Positions 1 to 9,312 of a stretch of 44,576 nucleotides of DNA are shown here, in pieces (position 1 is the stretch's first letter; every line of letters starts with the position of its first letter). The stretch spans positions 1 to 44,576 of the forward strand of contig JBDHQC010000001.1 of NCBI GenBank assembly GCA_039806815.1, read 5' to 3'. This DNA comes from Parachlamydiales bacterium. Lineage in GTDB: Bacteria > Chlamydiota > Chlamydiia > Chlamydiales > FEN-1388. Position numbers and translations under genes: made by a program. The notes beneath the pieces are model-generated. The model was given only the letters and a program-made list of their open reading frames with translations, had not been told where the DNA came from and did no database searches.

Positions 1-2
1 CT

Positions 3-1310
3 GATGATAGGGTCAAGAAGGCATTTTCCGGAAAGCACACGTTTTCTCAAATTCTCAATGCTGCGTATAGTCTTGTGAAAGATTTTCCTGAGGTAATTAA
101 AGATCCTGCCACAAAGGAAATCATCTCCCAAAAAATAAAATCTCTTCTTATTTCTGAAGAACTTTCATTAACGCAGCAAATACAGGGGCTTCTCTTTTTA
201 GAAAGTTTTCTTTCAGAAAAAGATCAAAAAGAGGCGCTTTTCAATGCCATTAAAAGAGTAAGATATCTTGAAAAACTCATTAATGATATTGAGATCATCG
301 CTTTTAAAAAGCACATCTTAATCCTTGTGCAAGACCTCTTCGAAGACTGGAAAAAGATGTATATTGAGTTTCTCTTTAAAATAGATCAAAATCAACTGAG
401 GGATTTTATCGTAAAAGAATTGATCTCCCATAATGCAGAAAAAGAGCTCCAAAAACAGTTTGAAGAACTCGTAGAGCACCCTCAAAAGTACCCGGAAGCG
501 GTTGTCTGGAACTTTCAAAAAATGCTTTCTAATGATTCCATCTTTTTTGCGGATAATAAAAGTCGCTTTATTCTATTTGAATCCATTCTCATTTTGTTTG
601 CATATATTGAACCACGACCAGAATATAAAGATCTTGCAAAAAAAATTTACAACATATTGACCCAAAAGCGATTCGAAGTCGTTCGAGATTTTTTAAAAAT
701 TGCAGACGAGCATTTTGCTCAAGAATTTCTCCTACTTGCATCCAAATGTCTCGGTTTTTCAGACCACGATCAAAAAATTCTTCGATCTTTAGTAGAAGTC
801 GTTCATCCTTCCCTTATTAAAGAAAAAAAGCATAGTGGTGAAGATTTCGAAGTAATTTGGACGACACAGCAGGGATATATGCTGTGTAAAAATAAAATCA
901 ATCACATTGGTACTGTTGAGCTCGTACATAATGCAAAAGAAATTGAAGAAGCCAGATCACATGGGGACTTGCGTGAAAATGCTCCTTATAAAGCAGCTCT
1001 TGAACGAAGAGATCGATTACAGCAAGAATTAAAAAAACTCTCAGAAGAACTGCATCGAGCGCAAATAATTTCTGATGAGGATATTCCTAAAGATCGCATT
1101 GGCATCGGAATAACAGTTGAGCTAGAAAATGCAAATGGCAAAAAAATCACCTACACAGTACTTGGCCCTTGGGATGCAGATCCAGAAAAAAATATACTGT
1201 CTTTTCATTCTAAATTCGTGCAATCTATGCTTGGAAAGAAAATTGGACAAAAGTTTTCTTTTCGAGATGATGAATACACGGTGCTTCATCTGAAACCCTA
1301 TTGCAAATGA
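3..1310 (+). CDS. greA: Transcription elongation factor GreA, long chlamydial-type form; 5' end runs off the window
   Basis: C-terminal part carries GreA motifs (GDLRENAPYKAALERRDRLQQEL; YTVLGPWDADPEKNILSFHSKFVQSMLGKKIG). The long helical N-terminal region is typical of Chlamydiae. The reading frame stays open upstream of the listed GTG at 75, back to nt 3. Confidence 0.85.
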   Translation, partial: DDRVKKAFSGKHTFSQILNAAYSLVKDFPEVIKDPATKEIISQKIKSLLISEELSLTQQIQGLLFLESFLSEKDQKEALFNAIKRVRYLEKLINDIEIIAFKKHILILVQDLFEDWKKMYIEFLFKIDQNQLRDFIVKELISHNAEKELQKQFEELVEHPQKYPEAVVWNFQKMLSNDSIFFADNKSRFILFESILILFAYIEPRPEYKDLAKKIYNILTQKRFEVVRDFLKIADEHFAQEFLLLASKCLGFSDHDQKILRSLVEVVHPSLIKEKKHSGEDFEVIWTTQQGYMLCKNKINHIGTVELVHNAKEIEEARSHGDLRENAPYKAALERRDRLQQELKKLSEELHRAQIISDEDIPKDRIGIGITVELENANGKKITYTVLGPWDADPEKNILSFHSKFVQSMLGKKIGQKFSFRDDEYTVLHLKPYCK

Positions 1311-1331
1311 GTAAAAGACCAAAAAAAGAAC

Positions 1332-1937
1332 ATGGAAATTGTACTTGCATCACAAAATAATCAAAAGGTTTTCGAATTAAGGAAAATTCTTCAAGAAGAA
1401 GCTCCTCATATTAATTCTCAATCTTTGCACGATTTTCCCGAATATGCCCCAGAAAATTTTTTATGCTCTACATTACTTGAAAATGCGGTGCAAAAAGCAC
1501 AACATGCGGCATCAATCCTCAAGAAGATCTCTCTTTCAGATCAATATGGGCTTGTCATTCCCGTTTTAGGAGATGAGCGGCAGGCAATTTTCGATAAAAC
1601 GGCAAAACCATCTGAAGGGGCACACTTTTGTGTAAAGCGCATATTAGATCAGATGAAGCCTTATACTGGGCTTGAAAGAGCGTGCTATCTCATGTGTTGC
1701 ATTGCAATTGCAGCTCCTGACGGGCGAGTAAAAAATGCAACAGCAAGAATTGAAGGAGTTCTTTCAGAACAGGAAGTTGGAAAGCCGGATAATGTTTTTG
1801 ACTCAATTTTTATCAAACACGATTATGGTAAGACACTTGCTCAACTTCCTCAGTCCGTTCAAAAAAAAGTGTCAGTAAGGCTGAAAGCTGTACAGAAATT
1901 GCTTTCATCTGGAATTAATCATTTTTTTGCATCCTAA
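1332..1937 (+). CDS. RdgB/HAM1-family non-canonical NTP pyrophosphatase-like protein (divergent)
   Basis: Family-like N-terminus MEIVLASQNNQKVFELRKIL, then ...LENAVQKA..., LSDQYGLVIP (cf. ADDSGL), VFDSIF (cf. FGYDPIF), SVRLKA (cf. SHRGKA). Length of 201 aa is typical. Confidence 0.6.
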   Translation: MEIVLASQNNQKVFELRKILQEEAPHINSQSLHDFPEYAPENFLCSTLLENAVQKAQHAASILKKISLSDQYGLVIPVLGDERQAIFDKTAKPSEGAHFCVKRILDQMKPYTGLERACYLMCCIAIAAPDGRVKNATARIEGVLSEQEVGKPDNVFDSIFIKHDYGKTLAQLPQSVQKKVSVRLKAVQKLLSSGINHFFAS

Positions 1938-1940
1938 GAA

Positions 1941-2522
1941 ATGCAGATCTTTATCGATGGGTATAATCTCCTTTTTCGATTGCAATCATACTTTTCAGAT
2001 ATCGATTTTTCCCAAGCAAGAATGCATCTCATCGAAGAGCTCGAGCGTCATGCCAAAGAATTTAAACTTTCTATGACATGCGTATTTGATGCTCCATTTC
2101 AAGATGATGATCTATGCCAAAGTCACTTTTATAGCCTAAAAATCGTTTTTACTCCAAAGGGCATGACTGCAGATGACTATCTCTTAGATTGCTTTAGACA
2201 TGCAAAAAACCCCCGATTGATAAAACTTGTAACAAGCGATAGAGGGCTTTTGAGAAAAGCAAAAGCTATGGGCGTTGAAACTGAAAAAGCAGAAGAATTT
2301 TTGATACGGCTTAGAAAGAAAGTAAAGAAAAAGCAAAAGGTTTTTCGTCAAGATTTGCCTATTTTGAAAGAAGAAAAAACGGTGAATAAAAAACTTATTA
2401 AGGTGTTTGAAGAGAAAGAAAAAGTACAAAAAAGGGGGCAAAAAAAATCAGTTCTTCCCTCTCTGGCAGATATAGACGCCTGGATCAAAATATTTTCAGA
2501 ACAAAGAGAAGATGTTAGTTAG
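1941..2522 (+). CDS. YacP-like NYN-domain (predicted RNase) protein with Lys-rich C-terminal tail
   Basis: N-terminus MQIFIDGYNLLF... and later LVTSDRGL are characteristic of the YacP/DUF901 NYN family. It starts 4 nt after the upstream gene. Confidence 0.65.
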   Translation: MQIFIDGYNLLFRLQSYFSDIDFSQARMHLIEELERHAKEFKLSMTCVFDAPFQDDDLCQSHFYSLKIVFTPKGMTADDYLLDCFRHAKNPRLIKLVTSDRGLLRKAKAMGVETEKAEEFLIRLRKKVKKKQKVFRQDLPILKEEKTVNKKLIKVFEEKEKVQKRGQKKSVLPSLADIDAWIKIFSEQREDVS

Positions 2523-2560
2523 TGGCAAGAGAAGATGGGTCACTTTCGCTTTTCTATTGA

Positions 2561-4528
2561 CTAGGTAGTTTTTGCAGTGAGAATTTCCCACATATTTTTG
2601 AATTGAGGACATATTGCTATGAGTTCTGTTTTTGTCCCTTCTGCAATTTTTTTTCCATGTTCGATGAAAATAATTTTGTCTGCATCCTCTATTGTTGAAA
2701 GACGATGAGCGATGATAATTTGTGTAATCGATCCTCTGAGGGACGAAAGCGCATCTTTAATTTTTTGTTCGCTTTCTGCATCGAGAGATGACGTCGCTTC
2801 ATCCAGGACTAAAACTTGCGAGTTTTTCACAAGGGCCCTTGCTATTGCAAGTCTTTGTTGTTGCCCTCCTGATAAACTTTTACCGGCTTCTGCAAGTACT
2901 GTAGTGTATTTTTCTGGCAGTTTTTGTATGAATTCGTCTGCATGGGCAAGGGTACATGCGCGATGTACTTCTTCAAATGAAAACGAACGCCCAAATCGCA
3001 CGTTTTCAATGACGGTATCGTAAAATAAAAATGGCTTTTGAGGAACAAATGCAATGGCATCTCGAAGAGATTGCTGCGATGTTTCTTTGATGTCGACATT
3101 GTCGATGAGAATTTTTCCACTTGTCGGGTCATAAAGCCGAACGAGCAAGTTGACAATTGTAGACTTTCCAGCGCCAGTAGGGCCACAAATTGCAACTTTT
3201 TGTCCTTTTTTTACTGTAAAGCTTACATCACTCAAAATTTCTTGACGATCGTACTGAAATGAAACGTTTTGAAATGAAATTTCATGGGAAAATCCCGACA
3301 TTTCTTTTGCACACTTCTGATCGACAATTTCCGGTTGAACATCCATGACTTCATACATGCGATCGGATGCTGCAATTCCTCTTTGTATTCTTGCATTTTC
3401 TTCTGCGAATTTTTTTATTGGTTCATAGACAGTTGAAAGTAGTCCACAAAAGAACAATACTTCGTGTAGGGGAAGCTTTAGTCCGTAAAGACCAATTAAA
3501 AGAGCTGCGACAAGACATAGTATTCCAATAGTATGCAATACAGGACGAGAGGAATGATCATACCGCGCGCTTTTTCGTTCAAGTCGTGCCATCTCATCAT
3601 TCTGCTGTTTGTACTTTGCACAAGAAAAGCTTTCCATGGCAAATATTTTTATCGTTTGAACTCCGGATAAAAATTCTACTAGGACTGATGCAAAAGCTTC
3701 TTGCTTTTTTTGAATTTGCTTTGCGATGCGTTTTATTCTCCTTGCAAGAAAGATGATAGGGGCAACTAAAAGGGGAAAACCGAAGATGACAATACAGGAT
3801 AATTTCCAACTGATGAGCATGCACAAGGAAAATGTAGTAATTAAAGCAAAAGGCGTTTGCAAGTAATTGACGAGCATGGAATTAATGCCATCTGCAATTT
3901 GTTGAGCATCATTTACAACCCTGGATGATAATGCGCCTATGTTGTGCTTTTGATAAAAGCTCATAGGAAGTTTTTGAATATGGTCAAAAAACGATTGTCG
4001 TAAATCTTTGCTTATTGATATTGCAAGTGATTGAGTGCCAAAACGATAGAAAAATAAAGTTATTGCTTTAAATAAGGCTACCAATACAAGAACGAGGATC
4101 AATAACCCGACGTTTTCTTCTATAGGTATCTTCTTGTTCACTATGCGTAACGTTTCATCTATGAGACCATTTGCTCCATGCTGCAAAAGAAAATCATCGA
4201 CATCTTCTACGGTGACTTTGCCAGGACTGTTTTGACTTAAAAGTTCAAATCTTTCTTTGAGAAAATCTTCTGAAACGGCCTTTGATGAAGTCAGTTTTCC
4301 ATTCTTTATCGGCCCAAATAGAGTAAAAAAGTCAGGGCCTCTTTTGGTTATGACGCCTAAAGAAAACATTTCGAGTTGAGAGCTAAACGTAAATAGAAGG
4401 GAGAAGATGACAGTAAAAACAAAAGTTACTATGTAATGCGATTTTGAAAATGCTGTGCGAAAGAGTCTTCTCATTTGCCAAGTTGAATTTTTTTCCTCTA
4501 TTGTCTCAAAAATAACAGCTTTGTACAA
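2561..4528 (-). CDS. ABC exporter, fused permease/ATPase (MsbA/lipid-A-exporter-like)
   Basis: Six-TM N-terminal half. Walker A GPTGAGKST, signature LSGGQQQRLAIARAL, Walker B VLVLDEATSSLD, H-loop IIIAHRLST. Confidence 0.9.
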   Translation of the reverse strand: MYKAVIFETIEEKNSTWQMRRLFRTAFSKSHYIVTFVFTVIFSLLFTFSSQLEMFSLGVITKRGPDFFTLFGPIKNGKLTSSKAVSEDFLKERFELLSQNSPGKVTVEDVDDFLLQHGANGLIDETLRIVNKKIPIEENVGLLILVLVLVALFKAITLFFYRFGTQSLAISISKDLRQSFFDHIQKLPMSFYQKHNIGALSSRVVNDAQQIADGINSMLVNYLQTPFALITTFSLCMLISWKLSCIVIFGFPLLVAPIIFLARRIKRIAKQIQKKQEAFASVLVEFLSGVQTIKIFAMESFSCAKYKQQNDEMARLERKSARYDHSSRPVLHTIGILCLVAALLIGLYGLKLPLHEVLFFCGLLSTVYEPIKKFAEENARIQRGIAASDRMYEVMDVQPEIVDQKCAKEMSGFSHEISFQNVSFQYDRQEILSDVSFTVKKGQKVAICGPTGAGKSTIVNLLVRLYDPTSGKILIDNVDIKETSQQSLRDAIAFVPQKPFLFYDTVIENVRFGRSFSFEEVHRACTLAHADEFIQKLPEKYTTVLAEAGKSLSGGQQQRLAIARALVKNSQVLVLDEATSSLDAESEQKIKDALSSLRGSITQIIIAHRLSTIEDADKIIFIEHGKKIAEGTKTELIAICPQFKNMWEILTAKTT

Positions 4529-4571
4529 TCTCTTTTTGTGTTATATTTTTTCTGAAAAAAGGGGTTGCAAA

Positions 4572-5708
4572 ATGAAAAGAAAATCACATCTTCGACTTTG
4601 GCCTACGTACATTGTTTTTTTTCTTTCGATATGTGCATGTAAAACGAGTTCCGAAGAAAAAAAAAGAGAACAATGTGATTTTTATGAAGCAAATTTTGAG
4701 TCCTCTTTTGGGCGCGATAGGCTTTCTTCAAAGTATTTTCAAAAACATCCCATAGATCGAATTACAATTGAGGCGTTTTCTCAAAATTGGAAAACAAATG
4801 TCCCTTCAAAGATTGACGTACTTCAAGCTCCGCGAATACCAAAAATCTTCCATTTTGTTTGGTTAGATGAACGACCACTTCCTGTCTGTACGAAACAATG
4901 GAAAAAAAGTTGGATACAAAATCATCCACATTGGCAAATCTGTTTATGGCATAAAAAAGATATCACTATCCTTCCTCAAGAAATTCAAAAAGCGATAGAA
5001 AGTGCCTCATCAATACCCGAGCAAGAAGCTCTTTTTGCATCGTATGTTCTCGACGTTTTTGGTGGAGTATATGTCGATCTTGGATTTGAGTGCTTAAAGC
5101 CACTGACTCCTTTAGTTGATCGGTACTCTTTTTTCAGCGGATTTGAACCTCCTCTAGAAAAAGAAAAGGCACACAGAATATTTCATATAAGCCCTACAAT
5201 TATAGGCGCAAAACCAAAACATCCAATTATCCAATCGTGGCAAAAAGCGTTGTGTGAAGAAATTTCAGATAGAACGAAAAATGACATAAGTCCGCGCTTT
5301 ACAAAGAAAAAAGACATAAAATTTGCATATCTTTTTTTGTTTGAGGACGTCGTGTACGATTATTTTCAAAAAAATCATAACGGCTCTGAGCTCATTATGC
5401 CTCCTACCTACTTCTTTCCGATTCACCATAAGCGGATGAAGAAGTTTGAAGCCAATCCGAAAGCCTACCACATCGATTTCTGGTCAAGTCTTGGCTGGTC
5501 GAAAAAGCCCTTGTTTTCCCAATTGAAACCAGAGTCAATGGCAATTCATCATCTGGGAGGCTCTTTCGAAAAAAATATTCACAAAGTTGCAAAGCACATA
5601 GAAAATAAACAGTTGAAAAAGGAAAAAAAGATCCAAAAGATACTCATGAATCAAGAACAATTACAAAAAGCATCAGAAGCAGAAACAGTTCTTTGTCAAT
5701 TTGAGTGA
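4572..5708 (+). CDS. GT32-family (Gly_transf_sug, DXD-type) glycosyltransferase-like protein with lipoprotein-type signal peptide; DXD motif degenerate (D-L-G)
   Basis: IPKIFHFVWLDERPLP...W..NHPHWQICLWHKKD...VLDVFGGVYVDLGFECLKPL. ATG at 4572 is preferred over the listed 4455 start, which overlaps the divergent ABC gene. N-terminus MKRKSHLRLWPTYIVFFLSICAC. Confidence 0.7.
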   Translation: MKRKSHLRLWPTYIVFFLSICACKTSSEEKKREQCDFYEANFESSFGRDRLSSKYFQKHPIDRITIEAFSQNWKTNVPSKIDVLQAPRIPKIFHFVWLDERPLPVCTKQWKKSWIQNHPHWQICLWHKKDITILPQEIQKAIESASSIPEQEALFASYVLDVFGGVYVDLGFECLKPLTPLVDRYSFFSGFEPPLEKEKAHRIFHISPTIIGAKPKHPIIQSWQKALCEEISDRTKNDISPRFTKKKDIKFAYLFLFEDVVYDYFQKNHNGSELIMPPTYFFPIHHKRMKKFEANPKAYHIDFWSSLGWSKKPLFSQLKPESMAIHHLGGSFEKNIHKVAKHIENKQLKKEKKIQKILMNQEQLQKASEAETVLCQFE

Positions 5709-5814
5709 AAATCAAGATGACAAATTTTTTTCTTTTGCATAAAATATTCCACTTTTTATAAAGTCTTGAGTATTTGGCAAATATCTACTACCATTTTTTT
5801 GGGGAAAATCATAT

Positions 5815-6987
5815 ATGTACCGTATTTTGCGAAAATCAATTTCAACTGATGCATTACTTATATTTCTAATCACTCTATTTTCATTGTCGAGCTGTAAAAA
5901 GAAAGAATCGAAACCAGATGCTCATAGAATAATCGAAGTTGATTTTGAAACTTCCATGGGGAAGGGCTCTCAAGAGTACAATGCGATCTTTTTAAATCCC
6001 GATGACGTGAAGCGTTTTAAAATAGTAAAAAACCTTTACGATACACAAAAGCCATCTTTAGTAGCGCCTTCAGAACAACCTCGTATCCCAAAAATTATTC
6101 ACCAGATTTGGCTAGGGCCAAAAGTCCCTCCTTCATTTTTTGCAACGTTTCAAAAAAAGTGGAAAGAATTCCACCCCAGTTGGGAATACCATCTCTGGAC
6201 AGAAACAGAACTCGAAGAGCTCAATCTCGAACTCAAAGATATTATCGACGATTCGCCAAACTATGCAGAAAAGTCAGATATCATCAGGTGCGAACTTCTC
6301 AATCGCTTTGGAGGAGTGTATCTCGATGTCGATATGGAGCCGCATTTTCCATTAGAAGAATTGCATCAAAAGTACGATTTTTATGCGGGTCTTGAAAATC
6401 CTCACAGGATAGCTACAACGGATAATACAGTATGGCTTGGAATTTCCATAATGGCGTCGTGTCCAAATCACCCTGTGATGAGACGCTGGAAAGAACTCAT
6501 ACAAACAAGATGGTATCGCGTAAATCAAGCCTATTCTTCTCCTGTTGAACGCGTGATCAACCACACGTATTTCCCATTTTCTTATGCTTTCTTTGAGAAG
6601 TGCAATGATGAAAATAAAAGAAATATCGTGTTTCCTGCGACGTACTTTTATCCTCTTGCGCCAAATTTTGCAGCGAAGAGACGTTCCAAGATTCGTGGAT
6701 TTCGCGAATATCTTTACGATATGCTTGAATCGATAAATTTGAGAAAGGCAAAGCCCTTTTCTAAAATTTATCCGGAATCAATCGCTGTTCATTATTGGGG
6801 AAATACTTGGCTCCCATCCCAGTATGAACAAATAACAGATATGCAAAACCAGATTATAATGTTTAAAAAAGAACTCTATACGATGCAACAGCAGATGAAA
6901 GCTTTGAAGCAACAAGTACAGGTTCCACACACAGAAACTCAAGAACTCAAAGAAAAAACAGTAGATCACATAGCAACTGCTGCATAA
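5815..6987 (+). CDS. GT32-family (DXD-type) glycosyltransferase-like protein, paralog of the upstream gene, with lipobox and C-terminal coiled coil
   Basis: IPKIIHQIWLGPKVPP...W...HPSWEYHLWTE...KSDIIRCELLNRFGGVYLDVDMEP with an intact DVD at 6325-6333. Signal peptide plus lipobox LFSLSSC. C-terminal heptad-like tail QNQIIMFKKELYTMQQQMKALKQQ. Confidence 0.75.
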   Translation: MYRILRKSISTDALLIFLITLFSLSSCKKKESKPDAHRIIEVDFETSMGKGSQEYNAIFLNPDDVKRFKIVKNLYDTQKPSLVAPSEQPRIPKIIHQIWLGPKVPPSFFATFQKKWKEFHPSWEYHLWTETELEELNLELKDIIDDSPNYAEKSDIIRCELLNRFGGVYLDVDMEPHFPLEELHQKYDFYAGLENPHRIATTDNTVWLGISIMASCPNHPVMRRWKELIQTRWYRVNQAYSSPVERVINHTYFPFSYAFFEKCNDENKRNIVFPATYFYPLAPNFAAKRRSKIRGFREYLYDMLESINLRKAKPFSKIYPESIAVHYWGNTWLPSQYEQITDMQNQIIMFKKELYTMQQQMKALKQQVQVPHTETQELKEKTVDHIATAA

Positions 6988-6997
6988 AAATTCGAAA

Positions 6998-7024
6998 AAA
7001 CCGCTCTTGTAGAAAGGGCGGTTT
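6998..7024 (+). terminator. Putative intrinsic terminator after the second GT32 gene
   Basis: AAACCGCTCTT-gtaga-AAGGGCGGTTT forms an 11-bp stem (one G.U pair), 10 nt after the stop codon. Only a short T tract follows. Confidence 0.4.
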
Positions 7025-7110
7025 CGTATCGATCTTAACACATTCTTAATACTATCTTTATACATATAGTTGAAATAGACTATTTGACTGAAAAAATAAA
7101 GGAGTATGCC

Positions 7111-8532
7111 ATGCAAGCAGGAGTTGAGACGCTTTCCTACCGAGCTGCTTTAGTCCGAAATTTAAGTTACCTTTCTGAAGATGACAATTCTTTTGTTGAA
7201 TGTACAGCAATCTTCCACGAAGGGATTGATGAAAGCGAAGCTATTGCTACTTCAATTGATCAAAAAATTGAAAATGAAGCGAAAGAAAGGCTTTTTCTCT
7301 TCATCATGGAAATAAATGATCAACATGATTCTCTTTTAGATGAAGAAGATCAAAAAGTATATGCGAATATCGCAGGGGTTACGAATGAAAATTACGTTGC
7401 GTGGAAAAATCATACTTGGGAATCGCTCTCAGGATTACTTACAGCAATGTTATATCAAAATGAAATAGATGAGGCTCATCATGATGTTATTAAATCTACT
7501 ATTGAAAAAGTCTTCATGGTCAGTCTTAGAAATAGTGACTTGCAAATAAGTCTCGATAATATAAAAGAAAACATCGATGTGATGCTTTCGGAATCTAAAA
7601 GGGCGAACATTGAAGGAAAGCTCCAAGAGGCAGAAGATTTTATTTCGAAGATAGAAGGCGACGTTGGGAATAATCTCAAAGGTATTCATGATTGGGTTAT
7701 ACTTCTTACATCTTTAAAAAATTTAACGGAACTACTCGACAAAAGACATATTTATAGACTTGTCAATCTTGCAAGCGATGAAGAAGATATGTCAAAATTT
7801 TCCTTGATTAATCATGCGCAAAATCCGGGGACTACCTTTTGTTCAAAATTTTCATTTCTTTGTCAAAATGTACAAAAGATCAAAGATAGACTCGCCGAAT
7901 GCGGAAAAAAAATTCATAAGTTGTATTCTATACAACAAGATCACATCTTGCAGCTCTCACAGAAAATGAAAGAAATAGATCTAGAGGAAAAAGAAAATAC
8001 AGACTTAGCAGATGGATTATATGCTCTTCATGCGATGCCAATACTAGAGGCAAGTCGAGAGTTTGCTCGAGTTCTTTTGGTAAATAGTATCTCAACCTCA
8101 AGAAAAACAAATTCTGATAAAGTTTACCGTTGCTTTAATGAGGTCATGACAACTTTGAGACAAAGCAAAGAAAAAAGCATACCTTCGAATACAAAGATAA
8201 AGGCGTTTTCAAAAGAAAAATTGAATAACTTTATCGATGAAGAAATAACATCTCTTTTTTGGGATAAATTTTTCTCAGAAAAGGAGTTGTCTGATTTTTC
8301 GTATGATACATTCTGTCTACAAGTACTCAAATCGCATCCTCAAGAGTCTTTACGGCAGATGGGGCAAGAAGTCTCTGATATTAGTGAAGATCTTGAAGGG
8401 GCAAGAAAACAATACTTTTATGAGAAGCTCTTCGAGAAATTGCACAACAGTATCACATCGTTTCAAAAATTTAAAACAAACGCGCTTTCTTCTGAAAAAG
8501 AACGGGAAAAAGTATTCAAAACTTTAGTTTGA
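7111..8532 (+). CDS. Hypothetical protein, all-helical, acidic, with no recognisable domain
   Basis: Long ORF. ATG at 7111 is preceded by AAAGGAG at a 7-nt spacing and is preferred over the listed TTG at 7084. No TM segment, signal peptide or catalytic motif recognised. Confidence 0.65.
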   Translation: MQAGVETLSYRAALVRNLSYLSEDDNSFVECTAIFHEGIDESEAIATSIDQKIENEAKERLFLFIMEINDQHDSLLDEEDQKVYANIAGVTNENYVAWKNHTWESLSGLLTAMLYQNEIDEAHHDVIKSTIEKVFMVSLRNSDLQISLDNIKENIDVMLSESKRANIEGKLQEAEDFISKIEGDVGNNLKGIHDWVILLTSLKNLTELLDKRHIYRLVNLASDEEDMSKFSLINHAQNPGTTFCSKFSFLCQNVQKIKDRLAECGKKIHKLYSIQQDHILQLSQKMKEIDLEEKENTDLADGLYALHAMPILEASREFARVLLVNSISTSRKTNSDKVYRCFNEVMTTLRQSKEKSIPSNTKIKAFSKEKLNNFIDEEITSLFWDKFFSEKELSDFSYDTFCLQVLKSHPQESLRQMGQEVSDISEDLEGARKQYFYEKLFEKLHNSITSFQKFKTNALSSEKEREKVFKTLV

Positions 8533-8540
8533 GTATTATG

Positions 8541-8593
8541 AAAAATCGAATCTCACTATTAGATATTTCAACAGTAGTTTGATTCGATTTTTT
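8541..8593. terminator. Putative bidirectional terminator between convergent genes
   Basis: AAAAATCGAATC ... GATTCGATTTTT forms a 12-bp stem flanked by A and T runs, with a long (28-nt) partly self-pairing loop. Confidence 0.35.
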
Positions 8594-8646
8594 GTTGCAG
8601 CCAGAACTCATGCGAAACTTATCTCTTTGCTCGCATTCAACATACA

Positions 8647-9249
8647 TTATTTATGACAATGATAAATGTACACAGGAGGAAGATTTTTCCAAATTACCTT
8701 CGAGCGACGTATTTTTGAAAAATTTTTAGTCAGTAATTTTTTAAAATGTTTTCCCTTAGGAAGAAGCGTTGCAAAAGTATAGGTGACAGTGAGAAATTCT
8801 CCTCCCGGAGGCAGCACATCGATAATGGCTGTCAGGATTTTCTTTTGCATATCTCTTGTAAAAATTGTCCATGGCAATGTGGATACAACACAGTCACATG
8901 TGCTTTTTCCATGTTTACCAAGGCATTCTTTTACGTTTTCTGCACTGTCGTGGTAGACGTGTGCTTTTGGGCAACACGTTTTGGTCATATGTGCAAAATC
9001 CTGATTCAATTCCAAGGCAAGTAAAAGAGCATCTGGTGGCATATCTTCGACGAGTTTTTTTGTTATTGCACCCGTACCGGAACCAAGCTCAACTACAGTT
9101 TGTGGTTTTGAATGAAAGGCGCGTTCTGCCAAGGCTTTGGCAACCTCAGAGGAACACGAACTTATTGCGCCGCTTGTTTTAATGCTTTTCAGAAAACGAG
9201 CCATTACAAGATCTCCACTATCAGAAACTTCAACAAATTTTCGCTCCAT
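8647..9249 (-). CDS. Class I SAM-dependent methyltransferase, phospholipid N-methyltransferase-like (COG3963-type)
   Basis: FLKSIKTSGAISSCS (cf. GAv.PSS), SAM motif I VVELGSGTGAITKKL, ...VVSTLPW..., ...LPPGGEFLTVTY. Length is 200 aa. Confidence 0.65.
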   Translation of the reverse strand: MERKFVEVSDSGDLVMARFLKSIKTSGAISSCSSEVAKALAERAFHSKPQTVVELGSGTGAITKKLVEDMPPDALLLALELNQDFAHMTKTCCPKAHVYHDSAENVKECLGKHGKSTCDCVVSTLPWTIFTRDMQKKILTAIIDVLPPGGEFLTVTYTFATLLPKGKHFKKLLTKNFSKIRRSKVIWKNLPPVYIYHCHK

Positions 9250-9312
9250 TCGGAGTTTTAATCCAGAGAAAAAACAAATTTTACGAACTCATACCAAATT
9301 AAAAGAAAAGAA

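Noticed and set aside
4455-4571. N-terminal extension of the first GT32 gene (listed start 4455).
   Set aside because: It would overlap the divergently transcribed ABC exporter start (4528). The internal ATG at 4572 gives a canonical basic-hydrophobic-Cys signal peptide.
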